NCBI GenBank assembly: GCA_038227875.1
Contig: JBBRPR010000040.1
Location: 16,057-80,056, forward strand
Length of the DNA stretch: 64,000 bases
Direction: 5' to 3'
From: Planctomycetota bacterium
GTDB lineage: Bacteria > Planctomycetota > SZUA-567 > H5-PLA8
In this document: positions 19,740 through 29,913 of the stretch, in pieces
Numbering within the stretch: position 1 is the stretch's first letter
Layout of the letters: each line of letters opens with the position of its first letter
Position numbers and translations under genes: made by a program
Notes under the pieces: model-generated
The model's database searches: none
What the model was told of the DNA's origin: nothing
What the model saw: the letters and a program-made list of their open reading frames with translations, nothing else

Positions 19740-21473
19740 TTACTCCTTCTTCACTGGCGTCGTAATACTCTCCGTGCCGATCAGAAATGGATTGGGCAGC
19801 GTCGCCAGTTCTTCGTCGGCGCCCGCTCCGATTCGTGCGTCGACTGCGCCGGCCGGCAGCGGCGATGGTGTCGAGCCCGGCGCGACGATTTCGCGGCGGA
19901 CGAAGAGCATCCGCGGGTAGACCGGGAAGCGGCCTTTCGGCGTGGGGCAGTCGATTTCAAACGTGGCGGGAAGTTCGCGCGCGGTGAAGGTCTTGCGCGC
20001 GTACGTCACCGTCTCCGGCCACGTCGCATCGACCTGCTTCGCGACGGGTTTCCCGGATGCGTAGAGGGCTTCGAGCGACGAACTACGCGAGCCGAGTTTG
20101 TACGCGTAGGTGACGACGAGCGTGTTGCCACCCAGCGCGGCCGGATCGGCGACGCCGACTGCAACCGCGTTCTTGCCCGGCGAAACGTACGGCAGCGCGC
20201 CGGAGTTGTTCTGCACGATCACGTCGAGTTTCAAGCGCGTGAGCGCAGCGCTAAACTTCACGCGGACCAGCGCCGCGTACTTGCCGCGGATCGCGGCGGT
20301 GAAATCGTCGAGCTTCACCGCGCTGAAGCTCTTTCCGTCGTCGGTCGAAATTTCGACCGCGTCGGCGCCGGCCGCTTCGCCGCTGGCCTTGGTCATCACG
20401 TACGGCGACGCCAGCTTAAACGTCATCAGCGCCGGTTTGGCCGCATCAACGGGGAGCAGCGATTTCGCGTCGTACTTCACGTTCTCGAGCGCCACGGCGC
20501 TTTTCAAAAACGCGTCGTTGGAAAAATCCAGCGCGAAGCTGAGGACGCCGTTGGCGTAGCTGCGCGCGGGTTTGCTGTTGGTGTACGGTTCGAGAATCAG
20601 CCCGTAGCCACCATCGTTGCGCGTGTCCTTGTGGCTGCCACAGGTGTGCGCCGGCGCGATTTTCTCTTCGCCCCAGAACCACGCATCGGGCAGCGCGTCC
20701 CAGGTGTTCGTCAACGAAAATCCCGGCGCGAGATTGATGTCGGTGGAGTAATTGCCGTTGTCGTGCGTGATGCCCATCCACGCTTCGAGCGGCCCGGAGT
20801 TGCGGCGCGTTTTCAATCCGCCGATGGTGCCCTCGACCGTGTCGCCGCAGCCGAAGAATTCGTGCGTGCGCCAGGTCGGCTTGCCGTCGGCGGCGGCGTA
20901 GAGCACCTTCCGCGCTTCGTCCATCACAAACGCGTCTTGCAGCAGCTCCTTGGGATTGGCGGCGAGGTCGTCTTCGCCGGCGATCGTGCGGCCGCCTTTG
21001 CCGTCGGGCATGAAGGCGTAGACTTTTAGAAAGACATCGAGGTAATGCCAGCGGCCGTCGTACTTCGCTTCGGCCGTTTCGTGGCCGTCCCAGACGACGA
21101 AGCGCCACTCCCAACCCAGCTGCCGCCAGAGCGCCGCCTGGATCGTGTGCAAGCCGCCGCAGAGACTCCAGCCGTAGCTGTTGATTTCCTTGAGCGCCGG
21201 CAGCCCGCCGGGTTCGGTCGGATACGCGCGGTGGTAGTGCGCCAGCTGCATAAAATTGTAGATCGCGATGGCCTTCGCATCGTTGCTGGTGCAGCCGCGC
21301 GTGACGGATTCGGCGATCGCTTTCAGCGACGAGCAGTCCGGCGCGAGATCCGGCTGCACGCGGATGCGGCTGACCAGTGCGGGCGGTTGCGGGGCTGGAG
21401 CCTCTTCGGCTAGTGCGGCTGCGCACGCCAAGACCAGGCCTCCGGCCAGCGCCGTCATCGTCTGCAAGGTCAT
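19740..21473 (-). CDS. Secreted transglutaminase-like domain protein
   Basis: Signal peptide; Cys-His-Asp pattern SLCGG / GHETAE / WHYLDV. Confidence 0.65.
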   Translation of the reverse strand: MTLQTMTALAGGLVLACAAALAEEAPAPQPPALVSRIRVQPDLAPDCSSLKAIAESVTRGCTSNDAKAIAIYNFMQLAHYHRAYPTEPGGLPALKEINSYGWSLCGGLHTIQAALWRQLGWEWRFVVWDGHETAEAKYDGRWHYLDVFLKVYAFMPDGKGGRTIAGEDDLAANPKELLQDAFVMDEARKVLYAAADGKPTWRTHEFFGCGDTVEGTIGGLKTRRNSGPLEAWMGITHDNGNYSTDINLAPGFSLTNTWDALPDAWFWGEEKIAPAHTCGSHKDTRNDGGYGLILEPYTNSKPARSYANGVLSFALDFSNDAFLKSAVALENVKYDAKSLLPVDAAKPALMTFKLASPYVMTKASGEAAGADAVEISTDDGKSFSAVKLDDFTAAIRGKYAALVRVKFSAALTRLKLDVIVQNNSGALPYVSPGKNAVAVGVADPAALGGNTLVVTYAYKLGSRSSSLEALYASGKPVAKQVDATWPETVTYARKTFTARELPATFEIDCPTPKGRFPVYPRMLFVRREIVAPGSTPSPLPAGAVDARIGAGADEELATLPNPFLIGTESITTPVKKE

Positions 21474-21547
21474 GGTAAATTTACCATAAGTAAAAAGTAC
21501 AACGCACCGATGAGCGACATTCATCGCTCATCATTCATAACTCATCG

Positions 21548-22270
21548 TTATTGCTTGTCGGAGACCAGCACCTGCGCGGGGCGGAGGACCAGGCCCTTCC
21601 ACAGGTAGCCGGGGCGGAGCTCTTCGAGGACGGTGCTGGGCTTCTCGTCACCTTCGGGCGGGCGCTTGGCGACGGCTTCGTGGACGGTCGGATCAAAAGG
21701 CTTGCCGCGCGCTTCGATGCGTTCCAGACCGCGCACGGTCAGAACCTGATCCAGCGACGTGCCGATCATTTCCAGCGCTTCCTTGACGCGCTGCGGATCG
21801 GTGTTGGCGCTGGCGGCGTCGACGCGGGCGAGATCCAGGCTGTCGAGAATTGGCAGCAGTTCAGAAACATAGCGGCGCAGCGAAAGTTCCTCGGCGCGTT
21901 CCAGGTCCTTGCCGGCGCGGCTCTGGTAGTTGAGGAAATCGGCGCGCGTGCGCGTGGCCTGATCCTTGTACTTGTCGCGTTCGGCTTCGAGCGCCTGGAC
22001 ATCCGCGCCGCCCGAGCCGGAACCGCTGTTGCAGGAACGGTTGACGAGGTCGCGCAGAGTGGCCTGCAGCGCGCGGATTTCGCCGAGCTGCGAGGCTTTC
22101 GGCACTTCGCCGAAGGCCTGGCGGAAGAGTTTTTCCATATCGGCGCAGACGGCGTCGGCTTCTTCGGTCAGTTTCGTTTTGGCCGTGGGCGCGGCGCTGC
22201 CGGCGGTTTCGCCAGGGCGGGTCTGCGCGTCCTGCTTTTCGCGTTCGGCTTTGGGATCCATTTTAAGCAT
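21548..22270 (-). CDS. grpE: Nucleotide exchange factor GrpE
   Basis: ADFLNY, LLPILDSL, FDPTVHEAV, GY...VLRPAQVLV; adjacent to dnaJ. Confidence 0.95.
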   Translation of the reverse strand: MLKMDPKAEREKQDAQTRPGETAGSAAPTAKTKLTEEADAVCADMEKLFRQAFGEVPKASQLGEIRALQATLRDLVNRSCNSGSGSGGADVQALEAERDKYKDQATRTRADFLNYQSRAGKDLERAEELSLRRYVSELLPILDSLDLARVDAASANTDPQRVKEALEMIGTSLDQVLTVRGLERIEARGKPFDPTVHEAVAKRPPEGDEKPSTVLEELRPGYLWKGLVLRPAQVLVSDKQ

Positions 22271-22314
22271 GTCGTGGGTACTCCCTTATGTATTCAATGT
22301 TGGCGGCGTGGCGC

Positions 22315-23472
22315 TTATTCCTCGGTGAAGAACTCGCGGATCTTGCTGAAGATCGAGCGTTTGTGCGGCGTGACGCCGACCTTCTCCAGGCTCGCCAGTT
22401 TGCGCAGCAACTCTTCTTGCTCCGCATTCAGTTTCTTGGGCACTTCGACAACCACGCGCACCAATTGGTCGCCCTTCCCGTAACCTCTCACATCCGGCAT
22501 GCCAAGTCCGCTCATTTTGAGCAACTTTCCGGACTGCGTGCCGTGAGGGATGCTCAATTTCGCGCGGCCTTCCAGCGTCGGCACTTCGACTTCACCGCCG
22601 AGCGCAGCCATGGTGAACGGAATGGGAATCGAGAGCAATATATCGTCTTCGCGGCGCACGAACATCTCATGCTCTTTGACGCGCACGAAGACATAAAGAT
22701 CGCCGCGCGCGCCGCCTTCGGAGCTGGGTTCACCCTGCCCTTCGATACGGATGCGCGTGTTGTCCTGGATGCCGGCGGGGATGTCGACTTCGAGGCGCAC
22801 TTTCTTGGGCTGACGTCCGGAACCTTTGCAGGTGGTGCACGGCGTCTCGATCACTTCGCCCCGGCCGCCGCAGCGCGGGCAGGTCGTCCGCATGGTGAAG
22901 AAACCCTGGCTGCGCGTGGCATAGCCGCTGCCGCGGCAGTAGCTGCAGCGCGACGCGCGGGTGCCGGCCTTTGCGCCGGATCCGCTGCAGGTCTCGCAGA
23001 GTTCATCGCGGGTGATGTCGAGCGTGCGCTTGACGCCCTTGTATGCCTGTTCGAGTTCGATTTCGATGTCGGCGCGGAGCGACGCGCCCTGGTTGGACTG
23101 CTGTCCCCCGCCCTGCATGCCGCCGAAAAGGTCGTCGAAGACCGACCCGCGCGCGCCGCCGCCACCTCCGAAAAACTGGCTGAGGATATCTTCGACCGAG
23201 ACGCCTTCAAACCCGCCGCCGCCCGCCGCGCCGCTGACACCCGCGTGCCCGAACTGGTCGTAGCGCTGGCGTTTGTCTTCTTCGGAGAGGACCGAGTAGG
23301 CCTCGGCGATCTCTTTGAATTTCTCTTCCGATTCGGCCTTCTTGTCGGGGTTGCGGTCGGGATGCCACTTCTTGGCCAGCTGGCGGAACGCCGACTTGAT
23401 CTCATCCTGCGAAGCGGTGCGGGCGACGCCGAGGACTTCGTAGTAATCGCGTTTCTGGTTTGCCACTGACAT
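22315..23472 (-). CDS. dnaJ: Chaperone DnaJ
   Basis: J domain with HPD, G/F-rich region, four CxxCxGxG repeats. Confidence 0.98.
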   Translation of the reverse strand: MSVANQKRDYYEVLGVARTASQDEIKSAFRQLAKKWHPDRNPDKKAESEEKFKEIAEAYSVLSEEDKRQRYDQFGHAGVSGAAGGGGFEGVSVEDILSQFFGGGGGARGSVFDDLFGGMQGGGQQSNQGASLRADIEIELEQAYKGVKRTLDITRDELCETCSGSGAKAGTRASRCSYCRGSGYATRSQGFFTMRTTCPRCGGRGEVIETPCTTCKGSGRQPKKVRLEVDIPAGIQDNTRIRIEGQGEPSSEGGARGDLYVFVRVKEHEMFVRREDDILLSIPIPFTMAALGGEVEVPTLEGRAKLSIPHGTQSGKLLKMSGLGMPDVRGYGKGDQLVRVVVEVPKKLNAEQEELLRKLASLEKVGVTPHKRSIFSKIREFFTEE

Positions 23473-23498
23473 GGTGTCCTAGCCCGAGTCTTAGTTGC

Positions 23499-23987
23499 CT
23501 ACGTCGCCAACCCTAAGGCATACGCGTTTGCCAACCTGCAGAAACGTGAATGGTATTTCTGATCATTCTCATCATTCAGGCATTTGTAGAATTGGTCATC
23601 TAATTTATTGAACGGATCCCAATCCTTGCGCGATTTGCCTTTGCGCTTGCGCAGCCGCTCAATCCTAATTTCACGCTCGCGAGGATATGGCTCTCCAAAA
23701 AATGCCATGGCCTCCTTGAGCAGTTCACCACAATCCCTCAGGCCTACAGAGCGAAAACCAGCAAGTGCTTCCGGAGCTAATACGCCAGTAGAATTGGTGA
23801 AGAACTGATGGAATCCGCCATTGCACACCTCAGACTGACACCAATTGATGGCAAACAGTTCGCCTACTCCGGGATTAACTTTTGCATACTGCCTCAAAAA
23901 AATCTCCGGTCCGTCGTAAAGGCTAATCTTCTTCCAGATGGGTTCGATCAATTTCCAGTACGCATCTGGCTCAGATTTCTTTCGCAT
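23499..23987 (-). CDS. DUF4375/DMP19-family protein
   Basis: EVCNGGFHQFFTNSTG motif; lower-GC insert between groEL and dnaJ. Confidence 0.8.
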   Translation of the reverse strand: MRKKSEPDAYWKLIEPIWKKISLYDGPEIFLRQYAKVNPGVGELFAINWCQSEVCNGGFHQFFTNSTGVLAPEALAGFRSVGLRDCGELLKEAMAFFGEPYPREREIRIERLRKRKGKSRKDWDPFNKLDDQFYKCLNDENDQKYHSRFCRLANAYALGLAT

Positions 23988-24031
23988 GCGATCCTGCCAA
24001 TTCGAGATCGGTAGTTCAGATTGGCGCGTGA

Positions 24032-24189
24032 GGTCTCGCTGTCGCTCGCTCGACCCTCTCCCCAGAGGGGCGAGGGTTGAGCGCGTTCCTTATTTGCAGG
24101 TAAGGGGAAGTACGCGTCGAGTGCAACGCGCCTCCCCCTCACCCCGGTCTCGCTTCGCTCGCTCGGCCCTCTCCCCAGAGGGGCGAGGG
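24032..24189. repeat. Two direct copies of a CCCTCTCCC...GAGGG REP-like palindrome
   Basis: 24032-24076 and 24146-24189 are nearly identical; a related copy lies at 45523-45561. Confidence 0.85.
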
Positions 24190-24195
24190 AACTGC

Positions 24196-25815
24196 TTAGT
24201 GAACCGCGCCGGCGACCAGATCCTTGCCTTCGCCCTTTTCCTTGAGCTCCGTCACCATCGTGTCGACCGTCAGGAGCAGGCCGGCCACGGATGCGGCGTT
24301 GAGCAGGGCGCTCTTCACCACCTTGGCGGGATCGAAGATGCCGGACTTGGCGAGGTCTTCGTATTCACCCGACTTGGCGTTGAAGCCGAAGTTGCCCTTG
24401 CCTTCGCGCACGGCTTCGACCACCACGCCGCCGTCATGACCGGCGTTTTCGGCGATCGTGCGGCAGGGGTATTCGAGGGCCTTGGAGACGATGTCGGCGC
24501 CGTACTTCTCATCGCCGCGCAGCTTACCCTTGACCTTCTCGATCGAGGCCTGGGCGCGGATCAGCGCGACTCCGCCGCCGGGGACAATGCCTTCCTGGGC
24601 GGCCGCTTTCGCGGCGTTCACGGCGTCGGTGACGCGTTCCTTGGCTTCCTTCATTGCGGTTTCCGTCGGAGCGCCCGCGCGGATGACGGCCACGCCGCCA
24701 GCCAGCTTGGCCAGGCGTTCCTGGAGCTTTTCCTTGTCGTAATCGCTGGTCGTCGTTTCGATCTGGTGCTTGATCTGCGCGACGCGAGCGGTGACGTCGG
24801 CCTTCTTGCCGGCGCCTTCGATGATCGTGGTGTTTTCCTTGTCGATCACGATGCGCTTGGCGCGGCCGAGGTCTGCGACTTCGACGGATTCGAGCTTCAG
24901 GCCGAGGTCTTCACTGATGTACTTGCCGCCGGTCATCACGGCAATGTCGCCCAGCATCGCCTTGCGGCGGTCGCCGAAGGCGGGAGCCTTGATCGCGGCG
25001 CACTTCATCAGTCCGCGGAGCTTGTTGATCACCAGCGCGGCGAGTGCTTCGCCTTCGAGGTCTTCGGCGATGATGACGAAGGGCTTGCCGGTCTGCACGA
25101 TCTTTTCCAGCACCGGCAGGAATTCGCGCAGGCTGCTGATCTTCTTTTCATAGATGAGGATGTACGCGTCTTCCAGTTCGCAGGTCATCGAATCGGGATT
25201 GGTGACGAAGTACGGGGAGAGGTAGCCCTTGTCGAAGCGCATGCCGGTGACGACTTCGATTTCCGTCTCCGTGCCCTTGCCTTCTTCAACGGTGACCACG
25301 CCGTCCTTGCCGACCTTTTCCATCGCTTCGGCGATCAGGGCGCCGATGTGTTCATCGTCGTTGGCGCTGACGGTGGCGACGCGGGTCATGTCCTGCTTGC
25401 TGGTGCAGGGCTTGGCCAGCTCGGTGATCGATTCGAGCACGGCTTCAACGGCCGCGTCGATGCCGCGCTTGATGGCCATCGGGTTGTGGCCGGCGGTGAC
25501 GAACTTGACGCCTTCGGAGTAGATGGCGCTGGCCAGCGTCGTGGCGGTGGTGGTGCCGTCGCCGACGACGTCGTTGGTCTTGCTGGCGACCTGGCGGACC
25601 ATCTGCGCGCCCATGTTTTCAAACGGGTCTTCCAGTTCGACTTCCTTGGCGACCGTCACGCCGTCGTTGACGACGCCAGGTCCGCCGAAGGACTTCTCGT
25701 ACGCGACCCAGCGTCCGCCGGGTCCCATCGTGGCCTTGACCACGCGGGCGAGCTTCTGGACGCCCGCCAGAATCTTCTGCCGCGCTTCATCCGTGTAAAG
25801 AAGTTGCTTAGCCAT
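24196..25815 (-). CDS. groL: Chaperonin GroEL (paralog without GGM tail)
   Basis: [35 protein letters not shown]. Confidence 0.98.
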   Translation of the reverse strand: MAKQLLYTDEARQKILAGVQKLARVVKATMGPGGRWVAYEKSFGGPGVVNDGVTVAKEVELEDPFENMGAQMVRQVASKTNDVVGDGTTTATTLASAIYSEGVKFVTAGHNPMAIKRGIDAAVEAVLESITELAKPCTSKQDMTRVATVSANDDEHIGALIAEAMEKVGKDGVVTVEEGKGTETEIEVVTGMRFDKGYLSPYFVTNPDSMTCELEDAYILIYEKKISSLREFLPVLEKIVQTGKPFVIIAEDLEGEALAALVINKLRGLMKCAAIKAPAFGDRRKAMLGDIAVMTGGKYISEDLGLKLESVEVADLGRAKRIVIDKENTTIIEGAGKKADVTARVAQIKHQIETTTSDYDKEKLQERLAKLAGGVAVIRAGAPTETAMKEAKERVTDAVNAAKAAAQEGIVPGGGVALIRAQASIEKVKGKLRGDEKYGADIVSKALEYPCRTIAENAGHDGGVVVEAVREGKGNFGFNAKSGEYEDLAKSGIFDPAKVVKSALLNAASVAGLLLTVDTMVTELKEKGEGKDLVAGAVH

Positions 25816-25926
25816 GTACCGTCTCCAATGCGATGCTTGAACGATCGCTCAATTTTTCGTTAGCCAAGTATCCCGCCGTAGCGGGACTCAAAAATTCAAC
25901 ATTCGACTTTCTTACTTCCACATTGG

Positions 25927-26241
25927 TTACAGCTTGGCGAGCAGGTCGCTCTCGCGGACGATCAGGACGTCTTCGCCGCTGACCTTCACTTCGGTGCCCG
26001 AGTACTTGCCGAAGAGCACGGTGTCGCCGACCTTGACTTCAAGGGCCGCGCGCTTGCCGTTGTCCAGCAGCTTGCCGGGTCCGACGGCCAGGATTTCGCC
26101 GCGCTGCGGCTTTTCCTTGGCGGTGTCGGGCAGCACGATGCCGCCGGCAGTCTTCTGTTCCGCCTCGAGGCGGCGCAGAACAATGCGGTCGTCGAGCGGC
26201 TGCAGGTCGATCTTGACTTTCTTCGCGGTCGCAGTGGCCAT
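25927..26241 (-). CDS. groS: Co-chaperonin GroES
   Basis: [38 protein letters not shown] before ATG 26241. Confidence 0.97.
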   Translation of the reverse strand: MATATAKKVKIDLQPLDDRIVLRRLEAEQKTAGGIVLPDTAKEKPQRGEILAVGPGKLLDNGKRAALEVKVGDTVLFGKYSGTEVKVSGEDVLIVRESDLLAKL

Positions 26242-26335
26242 CTTTAAAACTCCTCCGTAGCAATTCAAAGTGTTGTCAGTTTTTGGAGCGGACTGCGGTC
26301 CATACCGCAATCCGCAAAATTCAAAGGCCGGCGTC

Positions 26336-28027
26336 TTACATGCCCATTCCCATGCCGCCCATACCACCCATTCCGCCCATGCCACCCATCCCGCCCATTC
26401 CACCCATGCCCCCGCCGCCGTGATCGTGGCCGTGGCCACCGCCGGCTTCCTTCTTCTCGGGGATCTTGGCGATCATGCAGTCGCTGGTGAGCAGCAGCGT
26501 CGCGACGGACGCGGCGTTCTGGAGCGCGTTCTTGGTGACCTTGGCCGGATCGATCACGCCGGCCTTGACCAGGTCGGTGTATTCGCCGGTGTCGGCATTG
26601 AAGCCGAAGGCTCCCTTGCCGTTGCGGATCTTGTTGGCGACCACGCTGCCGTCAAAGCCGGCATTGTGGGCGATGGTGCGGGCCGGGGCTTCCAGCGCCT
26701 TGCGGATGATTTCCACGCCGACTTCTTCGCCGGGGGAGACCTTGACCTTGTCGAGCACCGCGCCGGCGCGGATCAGCGCGACGCCGCCGCCCGGGACGAT
26801 GCCGCCTTCGATCGCCGCGCGGGTTGCGTGCAGGGCGTCTTCAACGCGAGCCTTCTTTTCCTTCATTTCGCTTTCGGTCGCCGCGCCGACATTGATCTGC
26901 GCCACGCCGCTGGCCAGCTTGGCCATGCGCTCCTGGAGCTTTTCCTTGTCGTAGTCGGAGGTGGTGGTGCCGATTTCCTTCTTGATCTGTTCGATGCGCG
27001 CCTGGAGCGACTTGGTGTCGCCGGCGCCTTCGATGATCGTGGTGTTGTCGGCGTCGATCTTGATCTTCTTGGCGGTGCCGAGGTCGTCGAATTCGACGTC
27101 TTCAAGCTTCTTGCCGAGGTCTTCGAAAATCGCGGTGCCGCCGGTCAGGATCGCGATGTCATCGAGCATGGCCTTGCGACGGTCGCCGAAGCCGGGAGCC
27201 TTGACGGCCGCGACGTTGACGATGCCGCGGATCTTGTTGACGACCAGGGTCGCCAGCGCTTCGCCTTCGATGTCTTCGGCGATGATCAGGAGCTGCTTAT
27301 TGGCCTTGCTGATCTTTTCCAGCAGCGGGACCAGTTCGCGGACGTTGGCGATCTTCTTTTCGTAGATCAAGATGAACGGCTTTTCCATTTCAACGGTCAT
27401 GGAATCCTGATTGGTGATGAAGTGGGGGCTCAGGTAACCGCGGTCGAACTGCATGCCTTCGACCACGTTCAGTTCGGTGGTGAGGCTCTTGCCTTCTTCG
27501 ATCGTAATCACACCGTCGCGGCCGACTTTTTCGAACGCTTCGGAGATCATCTTGCCGATGGCGGTGTCGCCGTTGGCCGAGATCGTCGCGATCTGTTCGA
27601 TGTCCGCCTTGCCCTTGACGGGGACGGCGAGGTTGTCGATTTCCTTGACCAGCGCTTCGACGGCCTTTTCCGCGCCGCGCTTGATGCGGACGGGATTGGC
27701 GCCGGCGATGACGTTCTTGAGGCCTTCGAGGTAGATGGCTTCGGCCAGGACCGTCGCGGTCGTGGTGCCGTCACCGGCGGTATCGGAGGTCTTCGAAGCG
27801 ACTTCCTTCACCAGCTGGGCGGCCATGTTTTCGTAGGGGTTTTCGAGTTCGACTTCTTCGGCAACGGTGACGCCGTCCTTGGTGACCGTGGGAGCGCCCC
27901 ACGACTTGTCGAGCACCGCGTTGCGGCCTCGCGGCCCCAGCGTGCTCTTGACGGCGCGAGCCAGCTTGGTGATGCCCGCCCGGATGTGTTGGAAAGCTTC
28001 TTCATCGAAGGCCAGTTGCTTGGCCAT
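26336..28027 (-). CDS. groL: Chaperonin GroEL (with His + GGM tail)
   Basis: MAKQL start, [25 protein letters not shown]-terminal GHGHDH(GGM)n. Confidence 0.98.
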   Translation of the reverse strand: MAKQLAFDEEAFQHIRAGITKLARAVKSTLGPRGRNAVLDKSWGAPTVTKDGVTVAEEVELENPYENMAAQLVKEVASKTSDTAGDGTTTATVLAEAIYLEGLKNVIAGANPVRIKRGAEKAVEALVKEIDNLAVPVKGKADIEQIATISANGDTAIGKMISEAFEKVGRDGVITIEEGKSLTTELNVVEGMQFDRGYLSPHFITNQDSMTVEMEKPFILIYEKKIANVRELVPLLEKISKANKQLLIIAEDIEGEALATLVVNKIRGIVNVAAVKAPGFGDRRKAMLDDIAILTGGTAIFEDLGKKLEDVEFDDLGTAKKIKIDADNTTIIEGAGDTKSLQARIEQIKKEIGTTTSDYDKEKLQERMAKLASGVAQINVGAATESEMKEKKARVEDALHATRAAIEGGIVPGGGVALIRAGAVLDKVKVSPGEEVGVEIIRKALEAPARTIAHNAGFDGSVVANKIRNGKGAFGFNADTGEYTDLVKAGVIDPAKVTKNALQNAASVATLLLTSDCMIAKIPEKKEAGGGHGHDHGGGGMGGMGGMGGMGGMGGMGGMGMGM

Positions 28028-28356
28028 AGGGTCTTCCTCCGCTGCGAAAGGTTGCCACGAAAAACTGATCTGCCGCTGATGGGTTGGGTATGCAGGCGGG
28101 ACGCCCGCACCACAATTTTGACCCCAAAAGCTTTCGGCGCGAACTACAATAACAAAGGGTGTGCCCACTTGCGCATTCGACTTTTATACTCATAATTTTA
28201 TGTCCTGATTGACTTTAAAAATATGACGAAGGTGACTTGGAAATCATGCACCTTGCAGAATGGTTCAATGTGACGTGGTGCTTTGGCGGGGGCTAGCGTC
28301 AAAAAATCCGGGCATACAGGGTTCGTATAACGATTGTCCGCACATGGAGCATTGAC

Positions 28357-28517
28357 GGATCGGGCGTCTGGTATCGGTCGTTGGCAAGCGCTGCTGGCTT
28401 TCGACGCTCAGTCTTGTTGCTTGTTGGTTTTGGTTTCAATCTCCTGATGAGCGAGTTCCGAGAAGCAGTGCCTTCCTAACGACCGATGCCTGATGCCCGA
28501 TCCCCGATGCCATCTGT
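28357..28517. repeat. Heptamer-periodic inverted-repeat element (CCGATGC-type)
   Basis: Arms 28357-28384 and 28476-28503 are complementary; 28481-28517 is identical to 58035-58071. Confidence 0.85.
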
Positions 28518-28525
28518 CCGGGCAC

Positions 28526-29845
28526 TTACTTCTTCTTCTCGTCGAACGAGGAGCTCAAGATCAGCGTCATCAGCAGGTCTTCGGCCTTTTCGCCGGCGCG
28601 GTGGATTTTCAGGGTGAGCTTTTCTCCGGCCAGCAGATCCAGGCCGGCGATGTTCTTACGCCATTCCAGCCAGTTGGGGGTGGGCTTGCCGTTCCATTCG
28701 ATGATCGTGTCGCCGGGTTTGAGACCCGCCAGTTCGGCGGCGAGCTTGGGATGAATCTTGTCGACGACCAGCGAATCGGCCAACGAGCTGCGCTTGAATT
28801 CCAGGCCCAGCGTGCCGGGGTTGAGCGTCTCCAATGTGGCTTTGAGAATCTTGCTCTGCCCGCCACGATCCACTTTGAGGCTCAGTTCCGAGCCGCCGGG
28901 ATACGTGCCGACCACACCGAGGTAGCGGGCGAAGTTGAAGAGCTTGTAGTTTTCAATGCCGGTGATGCGGTCGCCTTTGAGCAGGCCGATCTTTTCGGCC
29001 AGCGTGCCGGCGCGGACGTCTTTGACTTCGGCGCCATTCTGCATCGTTTCGTTCTCGTCGCCTTCGCCGACCACGCCGCGGATCATGCCGTGGTAGACGC
29101 GGCCGCCGTTGGCGGTTTTCAAGGTGGGGAGGAAGCGCTGGATCTGCACGGCGGGAATCGCGATGCCGATGCCGGTGTTGGCCTTGGCGCCGTAGCGCGT
29201 GTTGATGCGGCCGTTGATGCCGGCGAGCTTGCCGTCGAGCGTCAGGAGCGGGCCGCCGGAGTTGCCGGGGTTGATCGGCGCGTCGGTCTGGATGGCATCG
29301 GAATACGCACCCTGAAAGCTGTGGACGGCGGAGATGATTCCTTCCGTCACGGTCGGTTCACCGGCGATTTCAGCGGTGGCGAAGGGATTGCCGATGGCGA
29401 TCACCTGCTGCCCGACAAAGAGCTTGTCGGAGTCGGCGAATTCCACGAAGGGCAGGTCCTTGGCGTTCTGAATCTGAAGCAGCGTGATGTCGCCGACGGG
29501 GTCGGTGCCGAGGACGTTGGCGGTGTAGATCTTCTGGCCGATGCGCACGGGCCACTTCTTGCTGTCGGTGGCGACGTGGTCGTTGGTGAGCATCAGACCG
29601 TCGGGGCTGATCACGACGCCGGAGCCGCCGCCGATGAAGACGTAGGCGGGGACAAATTTCTTGATCGTCGCCGCCAGCGAGGATTCGACCTTGCGCGCTT
29701 CCAGCACGATCGCCGAGGGCGGCTTGGCGCTGGCGCTGGCGGTTGAGATTGGGGCTGAGTTGGGGTCCGAGACCGCCGCGGCAAACGTCCGCGAACCGCC
29801 GAGCACCAGCAGAGCCAGCACGACCACCCACCGATTCAAGCGCAT
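28526..29845 (-). CDS. HtrA/DegP-family serine protease with two PDZ domains
   Basis: Signal peptide; intact triad LTNDHV / DPVGDITLL / NPGNSGGPL; two PDZ domains. Confidence 0.92.
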   Translation of the reverse strand: MRLNRWVVVLALLVLGGSRTFAAAVSDPNSAPISTASASAKPPSAIVLEARKVESSLAATIKKFVPAYVFIGGGSGVVISPDGLMLTNDHVATDSKKWPVRIGQKIYTANVLGTDPVGDITLLQIQNAKDLPFVEFADSDKLFVGQQVIAIGNPFATAEIAGEPTVTEGIISAVHSFQGAYSDAIQTDAPINPGNSGGPLLTLDGKLAGINGRINTRYGAKANTGIGIAIPAVQIQRFLPTLKTANGGRVYHGMIRGVVGEGDENETMQNGAEVKDVRAGTLAEKIGLLKGDRITGIENYKLFNFARYLGVVGTYPGGSELSLKVDRGGQSKILKATLETLNPGTLGLEFKRSSLADSLVVDKIHPKLAAELAGLKPGDTIIEWNGKPTPNWLEWRKNIAGLDLLAGEKLTLKIHRAGEKAEDLLMTLILSSSFDEKKK

Positions 29846-29913
29846 GTCTGATTCCTTTCAACCGGGCAATTCACCCGCGCTACTCCTGCCTGCTGCCTGT
29901 TACTTTCTGGCGC

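Noticed and set aside
26242..26439. N-terminal extension of GroES in the ORF track
   Set aside because: It is an alternative-frame reading of the groEL GGM tail; a strong RBS precedes ATG 26241.
28028..28520. CIRCE operator upstream of groEL
   Set aside because: No TTAGCACTC-N9-GAGTGCTAA-like inverted repeat was found by eye.
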